Source: an uncultured Gammaproteobacteria bacterium
GTDB lineage: Bacteria; Pseudomonadota; Gammaproteobacteria; UBA9214
NCBI GenBank assembly: GCA_963748215.1
Contig: CAVVHS010000004.1
Coordinates: 1 to 64,000 of the forward strand
Direction of reading: 5' to 3'
Length of the DNA: 64,000 bases
Both the position numbers and the translations under genes were made by a program. Positions 10,361 through 20,476 of this stretch are shown piece by piece (positions within the stretch are counted from its first letter, which is position 1; each line of letters opens with the position of its first letter). The notes under the pieces were generated by a model, which was given only the letters and a program-made list of their open reading frames with translations, ran no database searches and had not been told where the DNA came from.

Positions 10361-11236
10361 TCAGGCCCGGTTTGCAACCGGAACGACCTCCTCCAGCAGA
10401 CCCAGGTCCTGCAGCACCTCCCGGGCGGTGGTAAATTCAAAATCTTTCATCAGTGCCAGCAGTCGGGCCTCGCAACGGTGCAGGTTGTTGTAATGACGAA
10501 ACCGTGAAAACCAGCGGGCCTCGATCCTGGGCTGCTTGTGGTCTATCTCCCACGGATGCAGGTAGAAGATAAACGGTTTGCTGGACTGGTGGTTGATCTG
10601 GCGCAAACCGGTACGGGTCAGGAAATAGGGATACAGGCGAAAATAGCCACCACCGGCAACCGGCATCCGTACCCCCAGCAGGCGTGCCGTAGACAGCGGA
10701 AATTCCACGATACGGTGACCGGCCGGCGTATCCTGGTGATAGGGAAAACTGGGGGCATCAGGGATGCCATAGCGATCATGGCGTACCGGAAATATGCTGG
10801 AATCATATGCAAAGCCGGCTTCGGCAAGGGTATCCAGCGCCCACAGGGAACGGTTAGTAATTGAATAACTTGCCGCGCGGTAACCGTATACGGGCGTCTG
10901 GATAATATCTTCGAGCAGTGACTTGGAACGCAGGGTTTCCTCTCGGAATTCCCCGGGGGTCTGATTGTAGACCAGCTGGTGACTGTAACCGTGGCAGGCC
11001 ACCTCATGACCCTGCGCGGCAATCTCCCTGACAAGATCCGGCACCCGTTCGGCAACCCACCCCAGCACGAAAAACGTGGCCTTCACACCGCTGTTATCAA
11101 ACAGTTCCAGCAAACGCTGCGTATTCTTTACCACCCGCAGCGGGTAGTTATCCCAGTCATCCCGGTTGATGCTGCCGGCAAAGGCAGAGACATGGAAATA
11201 GTCCTCGACATCAACGGTTAACGCGTTTCTTATCAT
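10361..11236 (-). CDS. XrtA-system polysaccharide deacetylase (DUF3473)
   Basis: NALTVDVEDYF, ATFFVLGWVAE, HGYSH, GYRAASYS, GGGYFRL, FYLHPWE. Confidence 0.9.
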   Translation of the reverse strand: MIRNALTVDVEDYFHVSAFAGSINRDDWDNYPLRVVKNTQRLLELFDNSGVKATFFVLGWVAERVPDLVREIAAQGHEVACHGYSHQLVYNQTPGEFREETLRSKSLLEDIIQTPVYGYRAASYSITNRSLWALDTLAEAGFAYDSSIFPVRHDRYGIPDAPSFPYHQDTPAGHRIVEFPLSTARLLGVRMPVAGGGYFRLYPYFLTRTGLRQINHQSSKPFIFYLHPWEIDHKQPRIEARWFSRFRHYNNLHRCEARLLALMKDFEFTTAREVLQDLGLLEEVVPVANRA

Positions 11237-11276
11237 GGTTATCAGTCACAGCCGGTACAGGCCCGCATACGACCTG

Positions 11277-12182
11277 TCAAATGGAAACTATCCGTCCTGC
11301 GCCGCTAGCCGGTATCTTCGGGGGGCTATCCGTGTCACCGTAAGCCGCGTAATAGTTGTAATAGTAGCCACCCCGGTTAGAGATGCTCTCGCTCTTGTTC
11401 AGCAACAGGCCGATGGCCTTGTCCCTGGGTACCATCTCCAGGGCGTCCTGCACAATTGTAAAGGGTGTCTTGCCTGCCTCTATGACGAATACAACCTGTC
11501 CGACAAGCCCTGCCAGCACCTGGGATTCCGGCGTGGACAGCAACGGGGGAGCATCAAACACCACGATACGATCGGTGTAACGGGTTGAAAACTCGCTGAC
11601 CAGCCGCGCCATTCGTTGACTGGCCATCATTTCAGTGATGTACTCATGGGGCTTGCCTGCCGGCAGCAAAACGAGGCCGGGCACATCGGTCTTCAGCAAG
11701 GCATCCTCGATCGGCATGTTCTCGCTGGCCAGCAGGTCGGTAATATCGGGGCGACGCTGCTCGACGCCCAGCAGCCGGCTCATGCCCTGCTTGGTGACGT
11801 CACAGTCCACCAGCAGCACGGTATGGTCCCGCTCCTGGGCAAGTGCCAGCGCGAGGTTGACGGCCGTGTAGGTTTTACCTTCACCGGGAACAGAACTGGT
11901 CACCATGATCAGGTTGCCCTGGTCAACCAGTGACGAGGACTTGCCGAAGGCATTGGACAGCAGCGGACGCTTGATCCTGCGGTATTCACCCCGGATATCG
12001 GGACCCAGCGCACTGTCAGGAACCAGCATGTTCCTGTCACGCAAGCGGTCCATGATCCTTACTGCATTCTGTGAGGTTTCTGAATCTTTCAAAGCCGCAC
12101 TCTTCAATTCGCTCACCTTGGCCTCGGCTGCTTTTGGCTGCCGGGCGTGCCGACTCAGACCATAACTGTCATTAACATGCAT
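11277..12182 (-). CDS. XrtA-associated protein-tyrosine autokinase
   Basis: EYRRIKRPL, Walker A GEGKT, FDAPP, C-terminal Tyr cluster GYYYNYYAAY. Confidence 0.88.
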   Translation of the reverse strand: MHVNDSYGLSRHARQPKAAEAKVSELKSAALKDSETSQNAVRIMDRLRDRNMLVPDSALGPDIRGEYRRIKRPLLSNAFGKSSSLVDQGNLIMVTSSVPGEGKTYTAVNLALALAQERDHTVLLVDCDVTKQGMSRLLGVEQRRPDITDLLASENMPIEDALLKTDVPGLVLLPAGKPHEYITEMMASQRMARLVSEFSTRYTDRIVVFDAPPLLSTPESQVLAGLVGQVVFVIEAGKTPFTIVQDALEMVPRDKAIGLLLNKSESISNRGGYYYNYYAAYGDTDSPPKIPASGAGRIVSI

Positions 12183-12186
12183 CTTA

Positions 12187-13773
12187 CTATATTACTTCAC
12201 TTATTTCGGCAAGCATCTGCCTGGCCTGTAGCGATCCCTGCTGCTGATAAAGCACGACAGCGCCGAAGAATCCAAACATTAAGACAAGCACCATGAGAAA
12301 AGACGCCATATCCAGGCGCCTCTGCCGGCGTTTCTCCGGTGTCACTTGCAGGCTGATGGTGCCCAGCACCGGCAGATCGATCATCTTTTGCAACTGCTTG
12401 AAATCCACAAAGGTCGGGTACAGCAGGAAACGGAACACACACCAGCCAAACCCGGCACCCAGTGCAGCCAGAAACACTGCCGCCAGCAATATTGGCCGGT
12501 TGGGACCCGCTGGCAGCAGCGGCACAACCGGCGCATCCACGACGCGGAAGATCAGGGCGCTGTTGTTCTTTTCGACCTGCTGTGCCATCCGGGCCGATTC
12601 ACGACGCTCCACCAGCGCCAGGTAGCGTTCCTTGGTAATGTCATAGTCCCGGTTCAACCTGACGAGGTCGGCCTCGACCTGCGGAATGATATCCATGGAT
12701 TGCTGCAACTCCGCCAGCTTCTGGCTCTGTTCAGCCAGCTGCACCTGCAGGGTGCTGACCTCGATACGGGCACGACTCTCCTGCGCCTTGAGATCCTGGT
12801 AGACAGGGTTCATGGCCACATCGGTATCACTGACAAACGACGCGCTGTCACCGTCCGTATCTATACCATTTTGCAGGTCCTCGATGCGCGCACGCATCGC
12901 CTTGACATCCGGATGTTCATCGGTGAACTGTGAGAGCATGTCGTTCAGCTGTTCCTGGTACCTGCGCAATTTCGCAGCGGTTGCCTGTGCATAGGCATTG
13001 TTAGCCAGCATGGGTGATTCGCCGGACAGCTGTCGTCTGAGTTCGTTATAACGCTGCTTGGCCTGCGCCAGCGCCGACTTGGTGTTGTCGATGAGCTGCT
13101 GCTGGCTGTTGAGACGTGCGTAGTAGCCACCCTGCTCGTTGGGCATGAAGCCGGAATTCTTTTTCTTGAACTCGGCCAGTCTTTCCTCGCCAGATTCAAG
13201 CCGCTTTTCGTAGTCCTTTATCTGTTCGTTCAGGAAGTCTTCCGCCATCTCCGTATCCATGCGCCCGGAGTTGAGCGTGTTCTCCATCAGGGTATTGAGC
13301 AGGTTGAAAACGACCTTAAAGGCCTGTTCCGCCGATGCGGACTGGTAGGTGATTTCATAAATACTGCTGTTGCTGGCGCGGCGGCGCGTGTCGCCTACCC
13401 GGTTCAGCTGGATCGAATTTGCCAGCCCAAGCACCATCATTTCGCGGGCCTGGGGGTTGTCGACGTTCAGATCCATGTCGGTTTCACGGATCACCTGCAG
13501 CAGGTTATCCCGGCTGAGCAGGACACTTTGCATCACATCGATTTCGTCCCGCGGACTGGCTTCCATCACAAGATCCGCCAGCAAGGGCTGCATGACGGAA
13601 CTGGTGTCAATATGCACGGTAGTCTTGGCAGCGTAGATGTTTGGCATCGAGTACACATACACCCCGCCGACAACGGCTACCAGCCAGGCAATCAGCAGGC
13701 CCGACCAGCGGTAACGCCACAATCCGTGAAGATAGCCAAAGGCAACATTTATCTGATCGTGTATCGATATCAT
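12187..13773 (-). CDS. XrtA-system polysaccharide chain-length determinant (Wzz/Wzc N-part)
   Basis: WRYRW, two TM regions flanking a long coiled coil, FTDEHPDV, LNRDY, FRVVDAP. Confidence 0.88.
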   Translation of the reverse strand: MISIHDQINVAFGYLHGLWRYRWSGLLIAWLVAVVGGVYVYSMPNIYAAKTTVHIDTSSVMQPLLADLVMEASPRDEIDVMQSVLLSRDNLLQVIRETDMDLNVDNPQAREMMVLGLANSIQLNRVGDTRRRASNSSIYEITYQSASAEQAFKVVFNLLNTLMENTLNSGRMDTEMAEDFLNEQIKDYEKRLESGEERLAEFKKKNSGFMPNEQGGYYARLNSQQQLIDNTKSALAQAKQRYNELRRQLSGESPMLANNAYAQATAAKLRRYQEQLNDMLSQFTDEHPDVKAMRARIEDLQNGIDTDGDSASFVSDTDVAMNPVYQDLKAQESRARIEVSTLQVQLAEQSQKLAELQQSMDIIPQVEADLVRLNRDYDITKERYLALVERRESARMAQQVEKNNSALIFRVVDAPVVPLLPAGPNRPILLAAVFLAALGAGFGWCVFRFLLYPTFVDFKQLQKMIDLPVLGTISLQVTPEKRRQRRLDMASFLMVLVLMFGFFGAVVLYQQQGSLQARQMLAEISEVI

Positions 13774-14638
13774 CTTTGTATCACTGTCAGAACTGGTCTG
13801 AAGACATCTGCATTGCGGGTAGTAGACAGGTTTTCATTCCAGATTGGTTGATCCTTCGCACCGTGCCAGAGGTTGTTACCAGGTAAGAGACTGTAGCGGC
13901 AATGGTGCAACATTCTTGTCCGGCTTCACTGATATTACACAAACAACACCAAGGTGATGGTACAGGAATTTCCAGTCATGGCATCACGTGTTCCGTTGTT
14001 CGATCAATTAAATAATTTACTGTTTTATAACAACTTTACTTGTAGGCGCCATTCACACGTCACCACAGGTCGACACCAGCTCTTCCGTGTGTTGGCAATA
14101 TTTCAATTCGTGGGCATACCGGCGACAATCAGGTAAGATTTGTATTGAATATCAATGTGTTAATAGTTTGATATTCGAAATTGACCTGGGAATAGTGCGT
14201 TCAACACCGAACATCGCAATCGACGACGGGTATTCTACACAAGAACATCCTGGAATTAATACCGTTATCCACAAAATGTCACCATCACACACGCCCTGCG
14301 TGGCGGCAACCCAGCCATTTTCGGGGCAGCCCCAGGCGGCGAGTTAACCGGCATCAGCGGCTTGTACATGAGTCCCGGCAGCGTGCTGTCACTTCCCAGC
14401 TTTCTGAACAGAAACATACCCCTGCAGACGATCTGGTCGATTGGCTACAGCGGCAGCGCCACCGACTTTCACCCGCACGGCGCAATTGGGTCTGTACCCG
14501 GCCACACTGGATTCCTCAACCACAGCACGGCGAGTATCCCGGGTACCGGCTGCCGTTGCCCTGCGTAGTCTCGGCCGGGTTGTTTCGGCGCCCTGCGTCA
14601 CCCCGGAAAAGCAGCCTGGTCTGTTGTGTCGCACGCTG

Positions 14639-14665
14639 AAAGCGGCTCGACCGGGTGGCTTTTTA
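14639..14665 (+). terminator. Imperfect hairpin with T tract next to the prsT stop
   Basis: AAAGCGGCTCG-AC-CGGGTGGCTTTTT. Confidence 0.35.
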
Positions 14666-14678
14666 TACCGTCAGCCGT

Positions 14679-17489
14679 CTATTTCTCTTTTGCCAGCAGT
14701 CGTTCTGCCTCATCCCGTCCTGGAAAGGACGTGACCTCGCCAAGCAGGGTCCTGAGCAATTGCCGCCCGGCTTCCAGGTCACCCGAACGGTACACGGCCA
14801 CGGCATGGTGATAACGCACTTCCGCATTATCCGGCAGCAACTTCACCGCGCGCTCGAGGATCTGCCTGCCCTCTTGCAGTGAACCCTGCTGGACCAGCAG
14901 CCAGCCATAGGTGTCCATGACCCCGGGATTGTCAGGGGCAAGCTGCCAGACCCGTTTTGCCAGGCCCAGCGCCTCCGCCTTGCCGGCCTGCTGGTAGAGC
15001 CCGGCGAGATTGTTGAGCGCCACTGTGTTATCCGGATCAATTGCCAGCACACGCTCGTACTGGCTGATTGCCAGTTCTGTCTGCTCCGTGTTCTGCCACG
15101 TGATACCCAGGTACTGCATGGCCTGAACATCGTCCGGGTGCCCGGACAACCAGTCCTGCAGGTAACCGACAGCGACAGCATGCTTGCCCTGCCGGCTGGC
15201 GTTATCCGCCTGCTTGATCACCAGTTCCACGGATTCCTGTCGATCCCGTGCGCGCGCATATTCCCTGTCCGCCGTCTCGAAATCACCCTTTGCCATGTAG
15301 GCATCTCCGGCCAGCTCGTAACCCAGGTAGAACTCCGGGCGCTGCTGCTGGATGCGCTGGCAGAGCTCAAGCGCCCGGTCGATGGCACCGCCAGCAATCT
15401 CCAGCTGCACCAGCAAGGATTGCGCCGGCACGTTATCCGGGCTGCCATCCAGTGCCAGCTCCAGCTGCTCGCGCGCCTCAGCAACACGTCCCAGCTCCAG
15501 GTAACACTCCCCCAGCAAGACGCGTGCATTGGCCAGGCCGGGCTGCATTGCGACCAGATCAGACAGCGGCGTGATGGCAGCGCGGTAATCCTTGCCGGCC
15601 ATGAGCAGTCGTGCCTGCAGGAGCAGCACTTCCGGCTGGCGCGGCGCGATCTTCAGCGCTGCGTTTGCATGCGACTGTGCCATCAGGATGTTGCTGTTGC
15701 GGAGGTAGTATTCAGCGAGATACAGGCGCGGTTTTACATCATCGGGTGCATGGTCAGCCGCCCGTTTCAGCCAGTCGACCATCGCCTCGATGTCACCCTG
15801 TGCTTCCGCCACGCGGGCCAGTGCCAGCATCGGCAAGGCGGATGCCTCGCGCTGGTCGACCAGTTTCAGGTAGATGTCGCTGGCTGCCTGGTAATTGCCC
15901 TCCAGCTCTTCCAGGTTGGCGAGTGACAGCAGGGCCGGTTGAAATTCCGGTTTACTGGCCAGTGCACGTTGCAGGTATCTGCGTGCTTCAGCACGGTCAC
16001 CACTGGCGGCAAATACGTTGCCTGCCAGCGTCAGCCGGACCTGATCTTGCGGATCATCCTCGACCATGGTCAGTACCAGACTGATTGCCTCGCTGAGCTC
16101 GCCGGCACCAAGGTGCGCCAACACCAGCAATGCCTGCGTCTGCCGCCGCTCGCCGCCTGCGGTCAGGATTGATCTGAGCTCGCTGATGGCAAGCCCGCTG
16201 TCACCTGAATCAAGGTAGGCACGTGCCAGCTCGGTTCGAATATCAACACTGTCCGGACTGACGCTGAGCGCCTTCTGCAGACCGGCTATACCGGCCTGCT
16301 TTTCACCACGGCCCAGCTCGGACAGACCCGCGAGTGCCAGCAGCTCGGCATCCTGGCTGTCTTCCGTTATCGCCGATTGCAGAATAACTCCGGCCTCCTC
16401 GTGCTGCCCGAGCAGGATCTTGCTGCGAGCCAGCAGTTTACGAGCAGCGATGTTCTCCGGCTCCGCGGCCAGATACTTTGACAGGAAATAGGCGGCCTGC
16501 TCAAAATTCTGTCTGGCAAAACTCACCGTGCCAAACAGCAGGCGTGTAGGATTATGCTCCGGTGCCAGTTTCAGCACCTTGAGCAACAGTTCGCCCGACT
16601 TTTCATAGTCACCCCGCTCGAATGCCAGCACCCCCCTCAGGTAATTGACAATCGGATCATTGGGGTCCCTGCCATACAACGGCTTGAGGGTTGCCTCGGC
16701 CAACGGGTTCTTCCCCGCCATAATCTGCAACTCCGCGAGTTGCAGGCGGGCATTCCGCCCATAGACGGAGATAAAGCCCGGCGGATCGATATCCATGACA
16801 CGCTGATAGCTGTCTGCGGCGGCATTTACATCACCGGTGTACTGGTACAGGCTGCCATCGAGCAACAACAGTTCCTGATCGTCGGGATAGCTCTCAACTG
16901 CAGAGTTCAGGATATCCCGGACTTCGGCCAGTTGTTCTGAGAGGATATGCAGCTGGATCCTGACCTTCTGTACCTGCAGGGCGGTGGGGGCCAGCTGCGT
17001 GGCCTGCTCGACCAGCAGACTGGCACGGTCCGGGTTGTCGAGCCCGGCCTCAGCGACCGCCTGCAGGGCAAGCAGGTTTGCCCGGCCAGTCGCCGTCCAG
17101 GAATCTTCGGGCTGCGTGGCATCACGCAGCTCACTGTACAGGCCCATACCCAGCAACGCGCGGGCGACGCCCAGGCGTGTTTCTTCCCTGTTCCATCCAG
17201 CCGATTCTGCACGCCTGAATTCCTTTGCAGCGGCCTCGTAATCACCGTAATCCAGATTGATACCGGCGAGCAGGTAACGTGCCCTGGCATTGTCCGGATT
17301 GGCCTGTAAAACATTCTTGAGTTCGATGACGGCGGCATTGATATTGCGATTTGCCAGGTAGTCAGCAGCTTTCTGCATCAGTTGCTGCTCGTCCATGAAC
17401 CAGTCACTGCAAGCCAGCAGCGACAGCACGAGCAGTGCCAGTATTGCGGATTTGCTTCCCGCCATTCGATAGATCATCACCTGTCCCAC
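14679..17489 (-). CDS. prsT: PEP-CTERM system TPR lipoprotein PrsT
   Basis: Lipobox LSLLAC, AAVIELKNVLQ, many TPRs, LNNLA...MDTYGW; adjacent to xrtA. Confidence 0.88.
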   Translation of the reverse strand: MGQVMIYRMAGSKSAILALLVLSLLACSDWFMDEQQLMQKAADYLANRNINAAVIELKNVLQANPDNARARYLLAGINLDYGDYEAAAKEFRRAESAGWNREETRLGVARALLGMGLYSELRDATQPEDSWTATGRANLLALQAVAEAGLDNPDRASLLVEQATQLAPTALQVQKVRIQLHILSEQLAEVRDILNSAVESYPDDQELLLLDGSLYQYTGDVNAAADSYQRVMDIDPPGFISVYGRNARLQLAELQIMAGKNPLAEATLKPLYGRDPNDPIVNYLRGVLAFERGDYEKSGELLLKVLKLAPEHNPTRLLFGTVSFARQNFEQAAYFLSKYLAAEPENIAARKLLARSKILLGQHEEAGVILQSAITEDSQDAELLALAGLSELGRGEKQAGIAGLQKALSVSPDSVDIRTELARAYLDSGDSGLAISELRSILTAGGERRQTQALLVLAHLGAGELSEAISLVLTMVEDDPQDQVRLTLAGNVFAASGDRAEARRYLQRALASKPEFQPALLSLANLEELEGNYQAASDIYLKLVDQREASALPMLALARVAEAQGDIEAMVDWLKRAADHAPDDVKPRLYLAEYYLRNSNILMAQSHANAALKIAPRQPEVLLLQARLLMAGKDYRAAITPLSDLVAMQPGLANARVLLGECYLELGRVAEAREQLELALDGSPDNVPAQSLLVQLEIAGGAIDRALELCQRIQQQRPEFYLGYELAGDAYMAKGDFETADREYARARDRQESVELVIKQADNASRQGKHAVAVGYLQDWLSGHPDDVQAMQYLGITWQNTEQTELAISQYERVLAIDPDNTVALNNLAGLYQQAGKAEALGLAKRVWQLAPDNPGVMDTYGWLLVQQGSLQEGRQILERAVKLLPDNAEVRYHHAVAVYRSGDLEAGRQLLRTLLGEVTSFPGRDEAERLLAKEK

Positions 17490-19063
17490 CCCTGTTCACT
17501 CGGTTGGCCGTCTGCGATCCGGGAAAGCATCGGTTCCATGGCTGCAAGGAAATCACCCAGCTCTCGGCGTACATCCGCAATATCCGCGTCGTGGTCTGCT
17601 GCGAGAGCGTAAATCGCGGCGCTCCGTCGCCCGGTCAACAGACCGGTCACTTGCAACGCCTTGGCCACATAGCGGCTGGTCGTATCGTGCCCGGCGACCC
17701 GGTATCGGTACCAGACCAGCCGGCGCTGGCCGCCCGCGGAAACCAGTTCTGCTTCGATCACTCGCTGCCCGCCACTGCTGACACGCTGTTTGCCGGCACC
17801 GGCCTGCTGCCAGGCCTGGTTATCGCTGATACTGTTCAGGTCATTGATCAACTCGCTGTCCTGGCGTTGCTGCGGGTAATAGCCGACATACAGCAGCACC
17901 CGGATACCGTCCTTATGGTAACTACGCCGGAGTTCGGTTGCACCATGATAAACAGGCATCCAGCTGTCATTTGGCAAGTCGGGTCCCGCCCAGCCGGATT
18001 GCCCGGGCGGCAATACCAGTGCCACGGTTGATGTCGCCGCTATGCGGTGTTTTGCCCACCACGCAATGGCAGGCCCGGACGCGATCAGTGCAGTAACGAC
18101 AACCAGCAACAGCGAGCCCCGCACGAGATCATAACCGCAGTCTGTCCGGCTGGTCGTGCCGACGTGATCCACGGTCGTATCATCCGCCACCACCCTGCGA
18201 CGGTAAATCATGTGATCGACAAACAGCAACACCAGCACCAGCGCGCCGAACAGGTACCAGCCAAGCATCAGATGATCTTTCACGAACGGGTGCTGCATAT
18301 CCGTGTGATAGGCCAGGTAGATAATGACGAACACGCGCAGTATGTTCGCCAGTACTGCAGCGCCTGCCACTATAGCGATTACCAGCAGACGGGACCGGAA
18401 ATTGCGGTAGTTCAGCCAGGCATAGAACACACCCAGCGTCAGCGACGCCAGCAGGTAGTTAAGACCGCTGCAGGCGGCCTCGATCGATAGCCACCCTGCT
18501 GGTAACTGCACCTCGTAATCCTGCACGTAGGCGGTTATACCGAACAGGTGTGTCAGGGAAAATGCACCGGCAGCCGTGATTTCACGCAGTACCGGCAGTA
18601 GCGGCTCCCAGACCGGCAGTGCAAAGACGATGAACATGACGGGAAACAGCAATTGCAGGGTAACGCGCGCGCCCGTAACGACCCATATCACCGACAGGAT
18701 CAATGGCAACAGGATAACCACCTGTACAACCTGCACGTCCGCAAGTGACGCCGCCAGCCATACGATTGTGCAGGCGGCAACCAGCAGCAGGGCACCGGCA
18801 CTCGGATATGGCGCCTGTGCGAGGATTTTTTCACGCCGGTGATAGACCAGATAAAGGCCGACCGCCAGTACGATGAACCCGTGGCCATAGGGCCCATCCC
18901 CGAAACGGGACCAAAGCCCGCCCAGATACAGTACCGTGTCCCGGTACAGGATCAGGAGCAGGCCGATCATGCCGGCCAGCAACAGGCCCACACTTCTCCA
19001 CCCGTATACTGACTGCCCGTCGTTATGAATCAATCCGTCAGGCTCCGTTCCTGTCAATACCAT
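17477..19063 (-). CDS. xrtA: Exosortase A (EpsH-EpsI fusion)
   Basis: Multi-TM with catalytic C (ACSGLNY), R (NILRV) and H (DHLMLGW); C-terminal EpsI domain. Confidence 0.92.
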   Translation of the reverse strand: MVLTGTEPDGLIHNDGQSVYGWRSVGLLLAGMIGLLLILYRDTVLYLGGLWSRFGDGPYGHGFIVLAVGLYLVYHRREKILAQAPYPSAGALLLVAACTIVWLAASLADVQVVQVVILLPLILSVIWVVTGARVTLQLLFPVMFIVFALPVWEPLLPVLREITAAGAFSLTHLFGITAYVQDYEVQLPAGWLSIEAACSGLNYLLASLTLGVFYAWLNYRNFRSRLLVIAIVAGAAVLANILRVFVIIYLAYHTDMQHPFVKDHLMLGWYLFGALVLVLLFVDHMIYRRRVVADDTTVDHVGTTSRTDCGYDLVRGSLLLVVVTALIASGPAIAWWAKHRIAATSTVALVLPPGQSGWAGPDLPNDSWMPVYHGATELRRSYHKDGIRVLLYVGYYPQQRQDSELINDLNSISDNQAWQQAGAGKQRVSSGGQRVIEAELVSAGGQRRLVWYRYRVAGHDTTSRYVAKALQVTGLLTGRRSAAIYALAADHDADIADVRRELGDFLAAMEPMLSRIADGQPSEQGWDR

Positions 19064-20417
19064 CCATACCCAGCTTCTTCATCAGGTTATACAGCGATGG
19101 CCGGCTGATACCGAGCGCCTCCGCAGCATGGGACATGTTGAAGTTGTTAACATCCAGTGCACGCTGGATAACCTTTTGCTCCGCCGCTTCACGCGCCTCG
19201 CGCAGGCTCAGTGACAGCGTCGCACCCGCATCATCATCCTGCAGCCCCAGGTCTTGCTCGGTAATGGTCTTGCCTTCCGCCATGATGACCGAGCGCTTGA
19301 CGCGGTTTTCCATTTCACGCACGTTGCCTGGCCAGTCATAGACCTCGATACGTTCGCATGCCTGATCGCTGAACCCGCGAAAGCGGCGGTGGTTCTCGCC
19401 GGAATATTTTTCCAGGAAGCTGCGCGCGAGCAGCAAACGGTCGCCCGCACGTTCCCGTAATGCCGGTATGTGGATGACGATTTCGGTGACGCGGTAGTAC
19501 AGGTCCTCGCGAAAGCTGCCGGCAGCGATCAGGCTCTGCAGATCGCGGTGCGTGGCGCAGATGACCCGCACGTCGACCGGTATCTGCCTGTTGCCGCCGA
19601 GTCGTTCGACTTCGTGCTCCTGCAGAAAGCGCAGCATCTTGGCCTGCAGCGACATCGGCATGTCGCCGATTTCATCGAGGAAAAATGTGCCGCCGCCGGC
19701 ATGCTCGATCTTGCCCGATTTCTGCCGCACCGCGCCGGTGAATGCGCCTTTTTCATAACCGAACAACTCGCTTTCCAGCAGGGTTTCCGGAATGGCCGCA
19801 CAGTTGACTGCCACGAAGGGGCCGTTGCGACGCGAACTCAGACCATGCAGGGCACGCGCAACCAGCTCCTTGCCGGTACCACTCTCACCGGTAATCAGTG
19901 TAGTCGCATCGGTCGGAGCGACCTTTTCGATCACCCGGCACACCTCCTGCATCTCGGCACTGGCATAGAGAATGCTCTCGAGTGCGTTGCCTGAACGCTC
20001 GGCAAGCAGCCGCCGGTTCTCGGCCTCCAGATCGTACAGGTTGTTGGCACGATCAACCATGAGTGCCAGCACTTCGGGGTCGACCGGCTTCTGGTAGAAG
20101 TCATAGGCCCCCAGCGACACCGCCTTCAGGGCGACCGCCTGGGCATCATTACCGGTCACCACGATAACCTTGGTATGCGGGGCAAGCTGCAGCATCTGCT
20201 CCAGCGCTGCAAGTCCTTCCGAGGCATTGGCAGTATCGGGCGGCAAACCCAGGTCGAGAGTGACTACGTGCGGCCGGTAGCGCTGTAACTGGTCGATTGC
20301 CGATTCACGTGTATCCGCGATATGGACCTCGTAACCATTGAACGCCCACTTGAGCTGCTTCTGCAATGCGGGATTGTCCTCCACGACCAGCAGGGGTTTC
20401 AGGTGACTGCCATTCAT
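19038..20417 (-). CDS. prsR: PEP-CTERM-box sigma-54 response regulator
   Basis: Receiver LDLGLPPD, GESGTGKE, GAFTGA, C-terminal HTH. Confidence 0.92.
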   Translation of the reverse strand: MNGSHLKPLLVVEDNPALQKQLKWAFNGYEVHIADTRESAIDQLQRYRPHVVTLDLGLPPDTANASEGLAALEQMLQLAPHTKVIVVTGNDAQAVALKAVSLGAYDFYQKPVDPEVLALMVDRANNLYDLEAENRRLLAERSGNALESILYASAEMQEVCRVIEKVAPTDATTLITGESGTGKELVARALHGLSSRRNGPFVAVNCAAIPETLLESELFGYEKGAFTGAVRQKSGKIEHAGGGTFFLDEIGDMPMSLQAKMLRFLQEHEVERLGGNRQIPVDVRVICATHRDLQSLIAAGSFREDLYYRVTEIVIHIPALRERAGDRLLLARSFLEKYSGENHRRFRGFSDQACERIEVYDWPGNVREMENRVKRSVIMAEGKTITEQDLGLQDDDAGATLSLSLREAREAAEQKVIQRALDVNNFNMSHAAEALGISRPSLYNLMKKLGMDGIDRNGA

Positions 20418-20476
20418 GCTTTTTTCCTGTGTATTGTAATTACATTTCTCCTGGTGAGTGCAGCCAGCAACCCGTG

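Noticed and set aside
13850-13870. Sigma-54 promoter for the chain-length operon (TGGCACG on the minus strand)
   Set aside because: No GC at the -12 position
14265-14273. Perfect DnaA box TTATCCACA
   Set aside because: Single copy, no box cluster and no oriC gene context
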